Assembly: GCA_035764935.1 (NCBI GenBank) | Contig: DASTYK010000153.1 | Span: 9,997 to 73,996 of the forward strand | DNA from: Longimicrobiales bacterium | GTDB taxonomy: Bacteria; Gemmatimonadota; Gemmatimonadetes; Longimicrobiales; RSA9 | DNA length: 64,000 bases | Direction: 5' to 3' | Shown: positions 54,566 to 63,090 of the stretch, one piece after another | How positions within the stretch are numbered: position 1 is the first letter of the stretch | Layout of the letters: the number at the start of each line of letters is the position of its first letter | Notes under the pieces: model-generated | What the model was told of the DNA's origin: nothing | Databases searched by the model: none | The model's input: the letters and a program-made list of their open reading frames with translations, nothing else | Made by a program: the position numbers and the translations under genes

Positions 54566-55654
54566 ATGCGGCGGCTGCTGCGCGCCATCCACGTCTACGC
54601 GGGCCTGATCCTGTCACTGCTGCTGTTCGTGCTGGCGGTGACAGGGAGCGCGCTCGTCTACAAGGAGGCGTACTGGCGCCTCGTGTATCCGGAGCTGCGT
54701 GCGCCGGCGCTCGAACTGGACGCGGCGCACCACGCGCGCGGAGTGGCCACGGCGCGCGCGCGTTTCGGTGACGAGCTGCGCTCGATCAAGCTGCCGGAAC
54801 CGGGTGTCGGTGGCTATCACCTGTACCTGAACGACGGCGAGGCATTCCTCTCGGCAGCGGACTTCAGCCTGATCGATGCGTGGCGCACGGGCGAGCGGTC
54901 GATGAGCCTGCTGTTCGACCTGCACGCGCACCTGATGGCGGGTGACGCCGGCGAGCGTGTTGGCGGCGTCATCGGCCTGCTCGGCGTCGTGATGGCGCTG
55001 ACCGGGCTCGTGCTCTGGTGGCCCGCGCGGCGTCGGTTCTCGCTGGCCGGGCTCATCCCGCGCGACGTTTCGCGACGCACGCTGCTGGTCTGGCACCGCG
55101 ACATGGGCATGGTCGCGACACCGCTGCTGCTGGTCCTGCTGCTCACGGGCAGCGGGCTGGTCTTCTACGACACGGCGCTGGCCATGCTGCGCGGTGTGTT
55201 CGGTCGTGAGGCGGATACCAGTGCGGCGCCGGCGATCGCGCCGCACGCATCAGCCGGGGCTGTCACTGCCGCCATGATCGAACGGGTGGGATCCGCACTG
55301 CCGGATGCGCGCATCGTCTTCTACTATCCGCCGGCGGGTGAGGGCGCGGGCGTACACGCGTTCCGGCTCAAGCGACCCTGCGAGCTGCACCCCAACGGCC
55401 GTTCGTACGTCGATCTCGATGGCAGGGGCCAGGTGATGCGCGTGGTCGACGCATGCGCCCAGGCGAACGGCGACCGTGCCGCGCACGCGATGTACCCGCT
55501 TCACGCCGGCAAGACCCCGAGTGCCATGTACAAACTCGCAGTGTTCCTGGGCGGCGTCGTGCTCGCGCTCCTCTCGGCCTCGGGTGTGATCACGTATGCG
55601 GCAAAGCTGCGACCGCGCCGCAGCCGGCGTGCGCACGCAGCTGCCACGGGTTAG
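54566..55654 (+). CDS. PepSY-associated TM-helix protein (PiuB-like)
   Basis: N-terminal LRAIHVYAGLILSLLLFVLAVTGSALVY, further TM helices (GVIGLLGVVMALTGLVLWW; MVATPLLLVLLLTGSGLVFY; VFLGGVVLALLSASGVITY), and HAGK near the C-terminus. Sits immediately after a TonB-dependent receptor. Confidence 0.85.
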   Translation: MRRLLRAIHVYAGLILSLLLFVLAVTGSALVYKEAYWRLVYPELRAPALELDAAHHARGVATARARFGDELRSIKLPEPGVGGYHLYLNDGEAFLSAADFSLIDAWRTGERSMSLLFDLHAHLMAGDAGERVGGVIGLLGVVMALTGLVLWWPARRRFSLAGLIPRDVSRRTLLVWHRDMGMVATPLLLVLLLTGSGLVFYDTALAMLRGVFGREADTSAAPAIAPHASAGAVTAAMIERVGSALPDARIVFYYPPAGEGAGVHAFRLKRPCELHPNGRSYVDLDGRGQVMRVVDACAQANGDRAAHAMYPLHAGKTPSAMYKLAVFLGGVVLALLSASGVITYAAKLRPRRSRRAHAAATG

Positions 55655-55678
55655 GACGCAAACGCGCTGCAGAACGAA

Positions 55679-55709
55679 ACGGCGGCCGGGCTCGATGCCC
55701 GGCCGCCGT
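55679..55709. terminator. Hairpin between convergent genes (putative terminator)
   Basis: Perfect 13-bp stem ACGGCGGCCGGGC / GCCCGGCCGCCGT with a 5-nt loop. No strong U-tract. Confidence 0.55.
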
Positions 55710-55733
55710 CGCACGTTGCGAACCGGTCGACCT

Positions 55734-56336
55734 CTACAGATTCCCGCGGCCGTTCACCCCGGCATTCGCACCCACGGAGATCAGCCCGCGTGCCCGCAGG
55801 GACGCTGCCGCTTCCGCGCGCAGGTTGACCAGCGCTTCCGGCGCTCCTGACAGCGCCCCGTTCAGCCGCGCGCTTGCGGCGCCCTCGTCGTAGCCAAGCC
55901 GGACCAGATCCGCCAGCACGGCCGTCGCGACCGCGCGCCGCTCGGCAGGCGCATCGCGCGTGACCTGGATGAGTGCGCGCTCGCTCACCCCTGCGCTGAG
56001 TGCTTCGGATGCAACGAGCAGCTCACCGCTCGATGCAGCGGCCAGGCCGGCCTGCTGCAAAGCGGTCTGTGCGCGGGTGAGGCCCTGGAGCCGTGCCTCG
56101 ACGGCGGCGGCGATGCGCTCCATGGGGATGCCCTTTGCCTTGCCCTCGCTCACCTTGCTCTCGAGCAGCGACGTCGGGATGCCGGCTTCCAGTGCGGTCT
56201 CCATCGCTGCGTCGATGCGTGCCTGCGGTGCTGTGACCTGCGCGCTCGCCGATGCTGCAGCGGATCCCGTCGTGCTCTGCGCACTGGCCGCGGCCGGCGT
56301 GAGTGCGAGCATGAGGATGAATGCGTTGCGCTTCAT
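55734..56336 (-). CDS. Secreted Ala-rich helical protein of unknown function
   Basis: ATG 56336 gives MKRNAFILMLALTPAAASAQ (signal peptide). 200 aa. Last gene of the ECF sigma operon. Confidence 0.55.
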   Translation of the reverse strand: MKRNAFILMLALTPAAASAQSTTGSAAASASAQVTAPQARIDAAMETALEAGIPTSLLESKVSEGKAKGIPMERIAAAVEARLQGLTRAQTALQQAGLAAASSGELLVASEALSAGVSERALIQVTRDAPAERRAVATAVLADLVRLGYDEGAASARLNGALSGAPEALVNLRAEAAASLRARGLISVGANAGVNGRGNL

Positions 56337-56403
56337 GTTGTCGGCTCCATCAGAGGTTGCTGTATCGTCTTCATGTAAGTGACGACTGGCGTCACCCGGA
56401 TTG

Positions 56404-56955
56404 TCACATCGCCTCGACGCGTTCGTCGCGGAACATCGAGCGCAGCTCGTCGCGTGCACGCTGCACGCGCATCTTCACGGCGCTCGGCGAGGAGTGCGTG
56501 ATGCTCGCGATCTCGTCGTACGTGTAGCCGGCCTCGTGCTTCAGGAGAAACGCCTCGCGAAGCAGCGGCGAAAGTGCATCGAGCGCGCTGTCGATCTCGT
56601 GACGCAGCTCCGGTCCGGCCGTCGCGCGTGCTGCAGCATCTGCGGCCGGTGTTTCGTCCAGGCGCAGCACGCGCTGGCGCACGTTCTTCAGGTGGTCCAG
56701 GCAGAGATTGCGCAGGATGCGCAGCAGCCAGCCCTCGAACCGCTCCGGCTCCCGGCATTCACCCAGCGCGGTGTACGCTTTGACGAAGCAGTCCTGCGCC
56801 ATGTCCTGCGCGGTGTCGGGATCGAGACCCATGCCGCGCGCGTAGCGGTACAGCAGCCCGCGGTGGCGCTCGACGAGCGGTGCGTACGCCTCCCTGTCAC
56901 CGCGCAGCACGCGCCTGATCAGCGCCGCATCGTCGCCTGCGTGACGGCCGATCAT
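56404..56955 (-). CDS. ECF-type RNA polymerase sigma-70 family factor
   Basis: ATG 56955 overlaps the upstream stop (ATGA). Region 2: YAPLVERHRGLLYRYARGMGLDPDTAQDMAQDCFVKAY. Region 4: LSPLLREAFLLKHEAGYTYDEIASITHSSPSAVKMRVQRARDELR. Confidence 0.9.
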   Translation of the reverse strand: MIGRHAGDDAALIRRVLRGDREAYAPLVERHRGLLYRYARGMGLDPDTAQDMAQDCFVKAYTALGECREPERFEGWLLRILRNLCLDHLKNVRQRVLRLDETPAADAAARATAGPELRHEIDSALDALSPLLREAFLLKHEAGYTYDEIASITHSSPSAVKMRVQRARDELRSMFRDERVEAM

Positions 56956-58097
56956 GATTCGCCTCCGACGACCAGCAGGGCGACGAACCCGCCCATGCCG
57001 TCGTCCCGACGGCCGGGCGTGGACGGTGGCACGAACCACGTGCCGTTCCCGTCCACGAACGCATACTCGTAGACACCCGGCGCGAGAGCCGCCTGGTACG
57101 ACCACGTGTCGCCATCGCGCGTCATCGGCACCGGTTGCCAGTCGGTGAAATCGCCAGCGATCCGTGGTACGCCACGCGCACTCGATGCAGGAAGCGCGAT
57201 CGTCGCCACCCCCCGCTCGTACGACGCCGGAACGGGTGCCGCGGTCGACGGGACGTCACCCAGGCGCACGCGCACGCCCAGCGTCCACGACCGGCGGGGC
57301 GCACTCGCATACAGCGGATCGAAGCTGTCGTCGCGCGCCTGGAGTGCGAGCTCCAGCCGGCGACCCACGGGAACCTGGGCACCCGCAGACCAGGACAGCG
57401 GATGGTCCGCCGGCTCGAGCCAGCGGCCGGCCGTTGCCCAGAGCGTGACGGACGGGTGCGCCCACATGAGCGAGCCGCCTGCTAGCGTGTACTCGGTATC
57501 ATCCGCCCAGTAGCGGCGAGCGGAAGCGCCGACCAGGACCGAACCGGTGGGTCGGCCGGTGAGCTCGATTCCGGCCAGTGCGACGTGACGCGTCAGATCC
57601 GTGTCCTCGAGACCGCTTCGGTAGCCGGACCAGCCACCCTGTGCGCGCAGCGTCACCGGCCCGGCGTGGGCTACGGCGAAGGGCAGCGCCTGCAGGGCCA
57701 CGCCGAAGCCGGTCGCCGTGCCCTCCGTAACCGTCGGCGGCTGCAGGACCCCGCCCGGATGCTCGAGCTGCCGGGTGTAGCGCTGCAGAAATCCCTGGGC
57801 GGCGACGTCCACGCCGAGCGTGACCGGGCCGGCATCCGTGTCGAGGCGGCCGCCGGTTTCCGCGGCGCCCCAGAGCGGGTCCTCGGCGCCGGTCGGCACC
57901 CCGGCCGACAGGCGGAACCAGCCGGCCGATGCTTCATACGCGACGCCGAGGCCGACACTGGTGGTCGCGGCCGCGCTCTGCTCGCCGAGCCGGAAGTCGA
58001 ACTGGCCGACGCGCGCCTCGGCGTGCCACTGCGCCGATACAGGCAGTGGCGCCGCTGCCAGGGCGCCAGCGACCAGGGCCATGCGCCACCCCCTCAC
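56952..58097 (-). CDS. Secreted beta-rich protein with C-terminal CBM48/AMPK-beta-like (E-set) domain
   Basis: Signal peptide ALVAGALAAAPLPVSAQ. The ~270-aa Gly/Ala/Trp-rich region has alternating patterns suggestive of a beta-barrel. C-terminus IAGDFTDWQPVPMTRDGDTWSYQAALAPGVYEYAFVDGNGTWFVPP. Start is GTG 58097 (GTGA overlap) or ATG 58082. Confidence 0.6.
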   Translation of the reverse strand: MRGWRMALVAGALAAAPLPVSAQWHAEARVGQFDFRLGEQSAAATTSVGLGVAYEASAGWFRLSAGVPTGAEDPLWGAAETGGRLDTDAGPVTLGVDVAAQGFLQRYTRQLEHPGGVLQPPTVTEGTATGFGVALQALPFAVAHAGPVTLRAQGGWSGYRSGLEDTDLTRHVALAGIELTGRPTGSVLVGASARRYWADDTEYTLAGGSLMWAHPSVTLWATAGRWLEPADHPLSWSAGAQVPVGRRLELALQARDDSFDPLYASAPRRSWTLGVRVRLGDVPSTAAPVPASYERGVATIALPASSARGVPRIAGDFTDWQPVPMTRDGDTWSYQAALAPGVYEYAFVDGNGTWFVPPSTPGRRDDGMGGFVALLVVGGES

Positions 58098-58780
58098 AGC
58101 CCCAGCCCCCCGGTCGCCAGTACGTCGAGCCGGCTGTTCCGGCCGCCGAACCCGTCATCGACGGGCGGCGCAAGCGGATCCACAACCCAGCGGTCGCCGT
58201 CGACCACGAACCCGTACTCGTGGACGCCCGCCGAGACAGGCAGCGTGATCGTCCACATCCCGTCGACCGCCTGGTGGAGCGCGTGCTCAGGGCGCCAGTC
58301 GGTGAAGTCGCCGGCCAGGTGCACTCGCTGCGCATCCGGGGCATGCAGGCGGAACTGGACGAGCACGACCGGCGCGGGCTCCGCGGGACCGCCCGGGTTC
58401 GAGTCAACGGCCACTGGCGGGGTTACCGGCACGGCCGGTCCATCGACGCGCACGGGTCGAACGGCCAGCAGCGTCAGGGCGGCTGCTGCGGCAACGAGCC
58501 AGGCCGGCCGGATCGCGAGCTGGAACGTGCGCGGCTGCCAGAGCGCCCGCAGGCCCTGGTGCAGGCGCTCGACGACGGCCGGCTGGGCTGCCGTGTGCGC
58601 CGGGAGTTCCCGGACCCGCGCCATTACCGCGGCGGACATCTCCGGAACTGGTTCCGCGCGCAGCCGGCTGAGCGCGTCCCGGACCGCCTCCTCCATCTCG
58701 TCCAGCTCGCCCGCCTCCCGGGACGTGAGGCGATCGGCCGGCAGCTCGCCGTCCATTACTTCGTGAATTCGCTGCGCCAT
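58094..58780 (-). CDS. Anti-sigma-factor-like single-pass membrane protein with C-terminal CBM48/AMPK-beta-like domain
   Basis: ATG 58780 follows GGAGGAG. N-terminus IHEVMDGELPADRLTSREAGELDEMEEAV is anti-sigma-like but lacks the zinc ligands. TM AWLVAAAAALTLLAV. C-terminus HLAGDFTDWRPEHALHQAVDGMWTITLPVSAGVHEYGFVVDGDRWVVDP. Confidence 0.65.
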   Translation of the reverse strand: MAQRIHEVMDGELPADRLTSREAGELDEMEEAVRDALSRLRAEPVPEMSAAVMARVRELPAHTAAQPAVVERLHQGLRALWQPRTFQLAIRPAWLVAAAAALTLLAVRPVRVDGPAVPVTPPVAVDSNPGGPAEPAPVVLVQFRLHAPDAQRVHLAGDFTDWRPEHALHQAVDGMWTITLPVSAGVHEYGFVVDGDRWVVDPLAPPVDDGFGGRNSRLDVLATGGLGL

Positions 58781-58913
58781 CCCGCTCCTCCGTGCCTGCT
58801 CGTTGGTTCTCCACAGCAGGGACGAGTGACGTCCGGCAATTGTCACATCGGGGTGATCGTATCCCGGGGAGCCACGCCGACCCTCTTCATGTGCCGTTCC
58901 TGCGTCGGGGGGA

Positions 58914-59714
58914 TCATCGCCCGGTCAGGCGGGACTCCAGCTCTTCCACGCGTGTCCGGCTCACCTTGAGCTCGATACCTGAGGTCAGGCGCACGGTGTA
59001 GTCACCGCCGCCCGCCCGACGCAGCGTGTCGATGTGATCCAGCCGCACGATCGTGGAGCGGTGGATCCGAAAGAAGACGTCGGGATCGAGGCGTTCCTCC
59101 AGCGCCTGCATGCGCTCGCGCACTGCGAAGCGGCCGTCGCTGGTGTGCAGCGTCACGTAGGGCCCCTTCGCGGCGATGAACTCGATCTTCTCGACGGGTA
59201 CGATGCGGAGCTGGCCGCGCGATTCGACTGCAACGCGCTCGAGGTAGGTCGAGCCCCCGGCGGGACGCGGTGCGCGCCGTTCGGCAGACGTCCCGTGGTC
59301 GAGCACGCTGCGCAGACGATCGGCGAGCTGGCCGACCTGCTCGAGCTGCACGATCCGCCGTGCGCGCTGGAACGCCTGTTCGAAACGTTCGTCGTCGAAG
59401 GGCTTGACCAGGTAGTCCACGGCGGCGATGTCGAACGCGGCGAGCGCGTACTGATCGTACGCGGTCACGAAGATGGTGTGTGGCATCTGGTCCGGCCCGA
59501 TCTCGCGCACGACGTCGAGGCCGGAGCGTCCGGGCATGTGGACGTCGAGAAACACGAGGTCGGGGTCGAGCTCGCGGATCTCCTCGATCGCGCCATCGCC
59601 GTTCGTCGCCTCGCCCACGACCTCCACGTCCGGTTGCTCGGCCAGCAGCTCGGCGATGCGTGCGCGGGCGAGCGGTTCGTCGTCCACGATCAGCACGCGG
59701 ATCGGCTGTGGCAT
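58914..59714 (-). CDS. LytR/AlgR-family response regulator (receiver + LytTR DNA-binding domain)
   Basis: ATG 59714 is 5 nt after GGAGAGGAG. Receiver IRVLIVDDEPLAR ... LVFLDVHMPGRSG. LytTR domain (IPVEKIEFIAAKGPYVTLHTSDGRFAVRERMQALEERL ... FFRIHRSTIV). Confidence 0.92.
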   Translation of the reverse strand: MPQPIRVLIVDDEPLARARIAELLAEQPDVEVVGEATNGDGAIEEIRELDPDLVFLDVHMPGRSGLDVVREIGPDQMPHTIFVTAYDQYALAAFDIAAVDYLVKPFDDERFEQAFQRARRIVQLEQVGQLADRLRSVLDHGTSAERRAPRPAGGSTYLERVAVESRGQLRIVPVEKIEFIAAKGPYVTLHTSDGRFAVRERMQALEERLDPDVFFRIHRSTIVRLDHIDTLRRAGGGDYTVRLTSGIELKVSRTRVEELESRLTGR

Positions 59715-59716
59715 GC

Positions 59717-60895
59717 TCACTCCTCTCCTGTGGCACGGGCGGGAAGCCGCAGGTCAGCCGCCGTGTGAAACGGAAGTCGTACCACCACACGCAGTCCCCC
59801 AAGGCTGCCGCGACCGAGCGTCAGCCGCTGCGCGTCGCCATACAGCGCGGCAAGTCGTTCGCGGGTGTTGCGCAGCCCGACGCCCTCCGTGGCGCCAGCG
59901 GCCATTCCCTCCCCGTCGTCTTCCACGCCCACCACCAGCTCGTCCCCCTCACGGTGTGCGCTGATTTCGATGTGGCCTTCCCGCGCCGCATCGCCGAGGC
60001 CGTGCCGGATCGCGTTTTCCACGAGCGGCTGCAGGAGCAGGGTCGGCACCAGCGCATCCAGCGTTTCCGGGGCCGCCCGCGTTTCGATGACAAGACTTCC
60101 CTGGAAACGGATCTGCATGATCTCGAGGTAGCGTCCCGAGAACTCGAGCTCGTCGCGCAACGGGACCTCGGCCTTGCTGCCGCCATCGAGTGAGCGGCGC
60201 AACAGCTCGCTGAGCAGCGAGATCATTCGTCGCACACCGCGCGGGTCTGTTGTGACCAGCGCCGACACCGCGTGCAGGGTGTTGAAGAGGAAGTGCGGAT
60301 CGAGCTGGGACCGCAGGACGGCGAGCCGCGACTCGGCGAGCTGCGATGCCAGCCGCGCGGCCTCCGCCTGCAGCCGCGCCGACTCCTCCTGGCGCGCGCG
60401 CAGCCGTATCGAATAGCCGCGTGCGAAGCCAGCTGCCAGGACACCGGCGAAAATGACGAAGTCGTCGAGGAACCAGAGGCGTCGCAGCCCCTGCAGGGGC
60501 CGGATGCGCATCGGGCCGAACCGGCGCGGGCGCGGGAGAGGAAACAGCTCCATGCGAATCACGGCGAGCACCACGTCGACGGCCATCGCGATCAGCAGCC
60601 CGGCAGCGAGCAGCAGCAGCACGCGCTCGGCCGGAGGCCGTGTCCCCATTCCCACGCGCACGACCAGCATGAAGATCAGTGGAGTAAGCAGCGCCCACAG
60701 GTAGGCCTGGGCGAAGGGCAGCACGAGCTGCCCGGCATACGGCGCAGCGTCCAGGAAGCGGCTGCGCGGATCGAGCAGGGCGCCCGTCGCGGCAAGCACC
60801 GCATACAGCGTCCAGAACGCAAAGATGAGCGCGTACTCGCCCCGGGTGAGCGATGCATGCACCGTATTCACTGCGCCCCTGACGCCGCCCTCCAT
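59717..60895 (-). CDS. LytS/YehU-type sensor histidine kinase
   Basis: ATG 60895. Several N-terminal TM helices. His_kinase box LRSQLDPHFLFNTLHAVSALV. HATPase_c motifs LQPLVENAIRHG, DDGEG and GVGLRNTRERL. The track start 61276 adds 127 Arg/Pro-rich residues and is rejected. Confidence 0.85.
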   Translation of the reverse strand: MEGGVRGAVNTVHASLTRGEYALIFAFWTLYAVLAATGALLDPRSRFLDAAPYAGQLVLPFAQAYLWALLTPLIFMLVVRVGMGTRPPAERVLLLLAAGLLIAMAVDVVLAVIRMELFPLPRPRRFGPMRIRPLQGLRRLWFLDDFVIFAGVLAAGFARGYSIRLRARQEESARLQAEAARLASQLAESRLAVLRSQLDPHFLFNTLHAVSALVTTDPRGVRRMISLLSELLRRSLDGGSKAEVPLRDELEFSGRYLEIMQIRFQGSLVIETRAAPETLDALVPTLLLQPLVENAIRHGLGDAAREGHIEISAHREGDELVVGVEDDGEGMAAGATEGVGLRNTRERLAALYGDAQRLTLGRGSLGGLRVVVRLPFHTAADLRLPARATGEE

Positions 60896-61295
60896 TCGAA
60901 TCGCCTCCAGGCTGGTAGGTCCACAACGATACGCATGGGGACGGCGCACACGCACGCGCAGCGTACCGGCCGCATTGCCGGAGCCATCAGCTGCACCGCC
61001 GGCAGCACGAATCAGAGCCGCCGCCGACGACAGCGGCCCGGCGCAGGGCCGTGTCGGGTCGGCTGCCCGGCCGCGTGGCGGGTGTGACAGCGGGTGTGCC
61101 CGCAGCGCGACGCCGCCTCCGGGGACCGCCTCCGGCTTCCCGGCGGGTCGACCGGGCACCCGGTGGCGCTCGCAGCACCACCCGTGCAGCCGGTGCATGT
61201 CATTGTGACGCTCGTGATCCGCGCGGGAGGAATTGCCGTTTTCCCGATTATCGTATCGGAGGCCCCGTGCTATCACTCATATCAGGGAGAACGCC

Positions 61296-61808
61296 ATGTC
61301 CAGAAGGATCAGGTTCCGGGCGGTGCTGGGCACCTTGGCAATGGCAGGTGCACTGGTCGTGACGTCGATGCCTGCGGAAGGGCAGCAGCGCCCGCGCGAG
61401 GGCGTCCGGCGCGAGCATGCGGACGGCGTGCGCGGCCGCATGCAGGATCCGGCCGAGCGGATCGAGCGACGCGTGCAGATGCTGACGGAGCGGCTCGAGC
61501 TCAGCAGTGAGCAGGCCGCGCAGGTGAAGTCGGTGCTTCAGCGCCAGCACACGCAGATGCGTGCGTTCATGGAGCAGCAGGGGTTCACGCCGGGCGAGCG
61601 CCCGGATCGGGCGCAGCGGACCCGTCCGGACTCGGCGCAGCGCGCGGCGGTCCGTGCGCAGATGGAAACGCTGCGGGCCGAGACGGAGGCAGGGATCGAG
61701 CGGATCCTGAATGCCGAGCAGAAGCAGAAGTACGAGGCACTCCGGGAGCAGATGAGGGAGCGGCGCGGCGATCGGCCGAATCGTCCCCCGCGAAGGCTCA
61801 GAGGGTGA
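61296..61808 (+). CDS. Periplasmic Spy/CpxP-family (LTxxQ-type) protein
   Basis: AGGGAGA RBS. Signal peptide AVLGTLAMAGALVVTSMPAEG. Two LxxxQ helices (LELSSEQAAQVKSVL; ILNAEQKQKYEAL). Highly charged. Confidence 0.6.
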   Translation: MSRRIRFRAVLGTLAMAGALVVTSMPAEGQQRPREGVRREHADGVRGRMQDPAERIERRVQMLTERLELSSEQAAQVKSVLQRQHTQMRAFMEQQGFTPGERPDRAQRTRPDSAQRAAVRAQMETLRAETEAGIERILNAEQKQKYEALREQMRERRGDRPNRPPRRLRG

Positions 61809-61852
61809 TGAGCATCCGGGCGATCGGCCCGGTGACACGACCTGAACAGGAC

Positions 61853-61889
61853 GGAAGCCGTCGGATGCGCCGACGGCTTCTGCCGTTTT
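61853..61889 (+). terminator. Rho-independent terminator
   Basis: Stem GGAAGCCGTCGG / CCGACGGCTTC with a 5-nt loop, followed by TGCCGTTTTCC. Confidence 0.7.
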
Positions 61890-61907
61890 CCGCCGTGTCA
61901 GTCCCGG

Positions 61908-62099
61908 TCAGCGACCGGCCCAGGACGGCGGATCGCTGGCAGGAAACGAATCGTCCAGCGTGTCGTCCACGGGATCGCGGTACCGCCGCGGCTGGACCGG
62001 TGTGCTCCGGGCCGGGGCGTCCGCCTCTTTTGTGCTGCGCTTCGCAGGCTTTTCCACGCGCTTCGGCTTGTCGGCGCCCTGCTCCTTGCGACGTTTCAT
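61908..62099 (-). CDS. Small basic protein with C-terminal DSFPASDPP motif
   Basis: ATG 62099 follows GAGGGG. 63 aa with a Lys/Arg-rich N-terminus, ending ...DPVDDTLDDSFPASDPPSWAGR. I recall the [ST]FPASDPP motif from small conserved bacterial proteins. No function known. Confidence 0.45.
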   Translation of the reverse strand: MKRRKEQGADKPKRVEKPAKRSTKEADAPARSTPVQPRRYRDPVDDTLDDSFPASDPPSWAGR

Positions 62100-62232
62100 C
62101 GTCCCCTCGGTGTCCACATTGCTCGAGTGCCCCGGCCGGAAATCAGCGACGGTCGTCGAGATGGTCCGGGGCCAGTGCCTGAGCTTGCATTGTCCATACC
62201 CGCGGCCGCAGCGCGCGGCGTTCCTCCATGTG

Positions 62233-63090
62233 CTACACCGGCACCCGGATCGACAGCTGCGCCGCCGAGGTGAAGAACGTCCGCCGGTACCAGAGCACCA
62301 CCCCGACGGCGGTGAGTGCGGTTGCGCCCGCCAGCATGAACATCACCACGATCTGGTAGCGGATCGCCAGCAGCGGCGAAACGCCGGCCAGGATCTGACC
62401 GGTCATCATGCCGGGCAGTGAAACGAGTCCGACCGTCATGAGTCCGTTGATGGTCGGGATGAGCGCGGCCGTCAGGGCGCGCCGCTCCGGCTCGGCAGCG
62501 GCGCGGGCCGGGCTGGCCCCCAGCGCAAGGTACGCCTCGACCTGGCCACGATGCGATTCCAGCTCGCTGGCGAGTCGCTCGGCGGCGAGGGCCGTCGCAT
62601 TCATGGCGTTCCCGACGATCATGCCGAAGAGCGGAATCAGGTACTGCGGCTCGTACCAGGGCTCGACTCGCAGCACGACCTGCGTGACGAATGCGAGCGT
62701 CAGGCCGGATCCCAGGAGCATCGCTGTGCCACTGATCCGCCAGAGGATGGAGCGATCGTCGCGCAGCGGCTTGCTCCCGCGCGCGCGTCGCGACGCCGCC
62801 TGCGTCGCACTCAGCAGCATCACGCCGAGCGCGAGCATCACGAGCCACCACTGGTCCGCGGCAAAGATGTAGACCAGGACGTACCCCACGGCGATGAGCT
62901 GCACCACTGCCCGGATTGCGCCGATGATGAACCCGCTCTCCAGGTCGAGCCGCCGCCAGCGCGACACCCCGATGGCCACGAGAATCAGCCCGAACGCGAG
63001 CGCGAGATCGGTCCAGGTGACGTCGATGATGCCGGCGGGCACCTCAGCCGCCGCCTGAATCATTGCGGACACAGTGAACATCGGGATCAC
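62233..63090 (-). CDS. FetB/YbbM-family (UPF0014) ABC transporter permease
   Basis: GTG 63090 overlaps the ATPase stop (GTGA). ATG 63081 is an alternative. About 7 TM helices. GAIRAVVQLIAVGYVLVYIF and GMMTGQILAG are family-like boxes. Confidence 0.85.
   Translation of the reverse strand: MIPMFTVSAMIQAAAEVPAGIIDVTWTDLALAFGLILVAIGVSRWRRLDLESGFIIGAIRAVVQLIAVGYVLVYIFAADQWWLVMLALGVMLLSATQAASRRARGSKPLRDDRSILWRISGTAMLLGSGLTLAFVTQVVLRVEPWYEPQYLIPLFGMIVGNAMNATALAAERLASELESHRGQVEAYLALGASPARAAAEPERRALTAALIPTINGLMTVGLVSLPGMMTGQILAGVSPLLAIRYQIVVMFMLAGATALTAVGVVLWYRRTFFTSAAQLSIRVPV

Noticed and set aside
52518-54617. 699-aa minus-strand ORF
   Set aside because: It is antisense to the TonB-dependent receptor, which has plug and barrel features and a terminal Phe. 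Arg/His-rich translation.
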